A DNA stretch of 64,000 nt from Octopus sinensis (taxonomy: Eukaryota). This document shows positions 62,294 through 64,000 of the stretch, one piece after another. The DNA lies in assembly GCF_006345805.1 (NCBI RefSeq), contig NC_043007.1, positions 75,516,001 to 75,580,000 on the forward strand. Direction: 5' to 3'. The notes under the pieces are model-generated. The model saw nothing but the letters and a program-made list of their open reading frames with translations, ran no database searches and was not told where the DNA came from. How positions within the stretch are numbered: the first letter of the stretch is position 1; each line of letters begins with the position of its first letter. Made by a program: the position numbers and the translations under genes.

Positions 62294-62631
62294 TTAGTTT
62301 TTTAATGCAGGATATGTTAGATAATGTCAGAGATAGATAGTCACAGCTGTGACAGTAATGATTTGGCTGCTATTGCAAATTGAGTAACCTCAATCTATTC
62401 AGTTTTGACCATTTCATTGATCGTTTGGTTGACTTATGCATGTTATGCGTGTATGGTATTGTAGTGAAAGAAATCAAGGCAGAATTTCAACATAGTAGTT
62501 ATCACAACTTCATGGTGAAGGAAAAGTAGGAGGAGTAGGAAGGTAAAAGAAAAAAATATACACAAATTGCGGGGAGAAAAAGATCGAAATTTTTGTGGAA
62601 AAATATTCTTTCACAGTTATAATTCCTATTA

Positions 62632-63043
62632 CTTTTTTACTCTTTTACTTGTTTCAGTCATTTGACTGTGGCCATGCTGGAGCATCGCCTTTAGTTGAAC
62701 AAATCAACCCCAGGACTTATTCTTTGTAAGCCTAGTACTTATTCTATCGGTCTCTTTTGCCAAACTGCTAAGTTATGGGTACGTAAACACACCAGCATCG
62801 GTTGTCAAGCGATGTTGGGGGGAACAAACACAGACACACAAACATATACACACACACATACATATATGTACATATATACAATGGGCTTCTTTCAGTTTCC
62901 ATCTACCAAATCCACTCACAAGACTTTGGTCGGTCCGAGGCTATAGTAGAAGACACTTGCCCAAGGTGCCACGCAATGGGACTAAACCCAGAACCATGTG
63001 GTTGGTAGACAAGCTACTTACCACACAGCCACTCCTACACCTA
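62632..63043 (-). mobile_element. SINE family A, full length
   Basis: Matches the family. Confidence 0.9.
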
Positions 63044-63159
63044 TTGTATAAAACATATTCTGAAGAACACAAGGAAAAAACCCACTCCTAATTCTTTGCC
63101 TCTTTTCCTTCTCTGTGTGATAGTGATAATAGCTGTTACAAAACTACTTCGAAAAGAAG

Positions 63160-64000
63160 AAACTTATTTGATAATGAAAAACATATTTGGCAGGTCACTG
63201 CAACAAAGTCTACCTGCCACACTTCTCAGTCCATCATCACTGCTCCGATGTCCTGAATACATTCTAGACCAGTGTCTGCAACCAAGTTGTTGATGTGTGA
63301 TGATGTTTTTCTCTGCTTACATCACCATGAAGTGAGATCCACAAGACTAATTTGGATGCCCCCAGGGTGGCATACACAGTGGTCAGTTAGTCACAACTGT
63401 CTTTGCCTGATCTTCTCACTAACTTTTAACAGGTCTCCATAAAGGCAATTCATTTGTCATACGTTGCTGCCATTTTGCATTTAGAGTTATTTGTAGTATC
63501 CTTGGGTAGCATCTATTTTGCCCATTTGATAACTACTTCATCAGTATCCATATTTCACTACTATATAATAGCACTGATTCAGCAGTTGCAATGAACAGCA
63601 TGTTTATTCCTTCTCGAGCCATGCCTGGCTCATAAGGGCCGGTTTCCCGGTTTCTTTGGCGTATAGGTTTTCCACCTGGACGGGACGCCGGTCCATCGCA
63701 GGTGAGCTGCAAGATGCAGGAGGTAAGAGTGAGAGAAAGTTGTGGTGAAAGAGTCAGCAGAAGTTCGCCATTACCTTCTGCCGGTGCCATGTGGAGCTTA
63801 GGTGTTTCGCTCATAAACACACACATCGCCCGGTCTCAGATTATGAACCCACGGTCCCTCGACCGCGAGTCCACTGCTCTAACCACTAGGCCATGTACCT
63901 CCACAATGAACAGCTTGGTTTTGATTTGCCTGGGCAGTTTTGAGTTCCAGACTTTCTTTACTTTGTGACAGGTTGTCAATGCTTGTGCCTTTCTGATCTT
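63160..64000 (-). pseudogene. LINE RT C-terminal remnant interrupted by a SINE
   Basis: 'LFIATAESVLLYSSEIWIL' (RTE-like VLLYGxETW motif). Confidence 0.6.
63607..63903 (-). mobile_element. SINE family D
   Basis: TSD CAATGAACAGC at 63589-63599 and 63904-63914; same tail as 5686-5978. Confidence 0.9.

Overview
AT-rich, microsatellite-dense animal DNA. The SINE families resemble those I recall from octopus, so a cephalopod origin is my inference. I found no convincing host protein-coding exon, rRNA, true tRNA or CRISPR. The window is almost entirely a nested patchwork of transposable elements. SINEs: three tRNA-headed families (CORE-type, MetaSINE-type, and a tRNA-Arg-like family with interchangeable tails). 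LINE fragments: RTE, Tx1/L1-like and CR1-like, plus a Hero-type restriction-like-endonuclease LINE with an inverted 5' part. Penelope-like element: GIY-YIG ORF with an Asn-rich insertion and an apparently intact type I hammerhead ribozyme. DNA transposons: Tc1, mariner, pogo, hAT, piggyBac-like and Merlin-like MITEs, Helitron and Helentron-like elements. The most interesting signals are a cluster of hammerhead-bearing elements embedded in (TA)n runs, recurrent fold-back duplications at (TA)n, the twin-priming-like Hero insertion and a recurrent permuted MetaSINE junction. All calls come from manual reading; no database searches were run.
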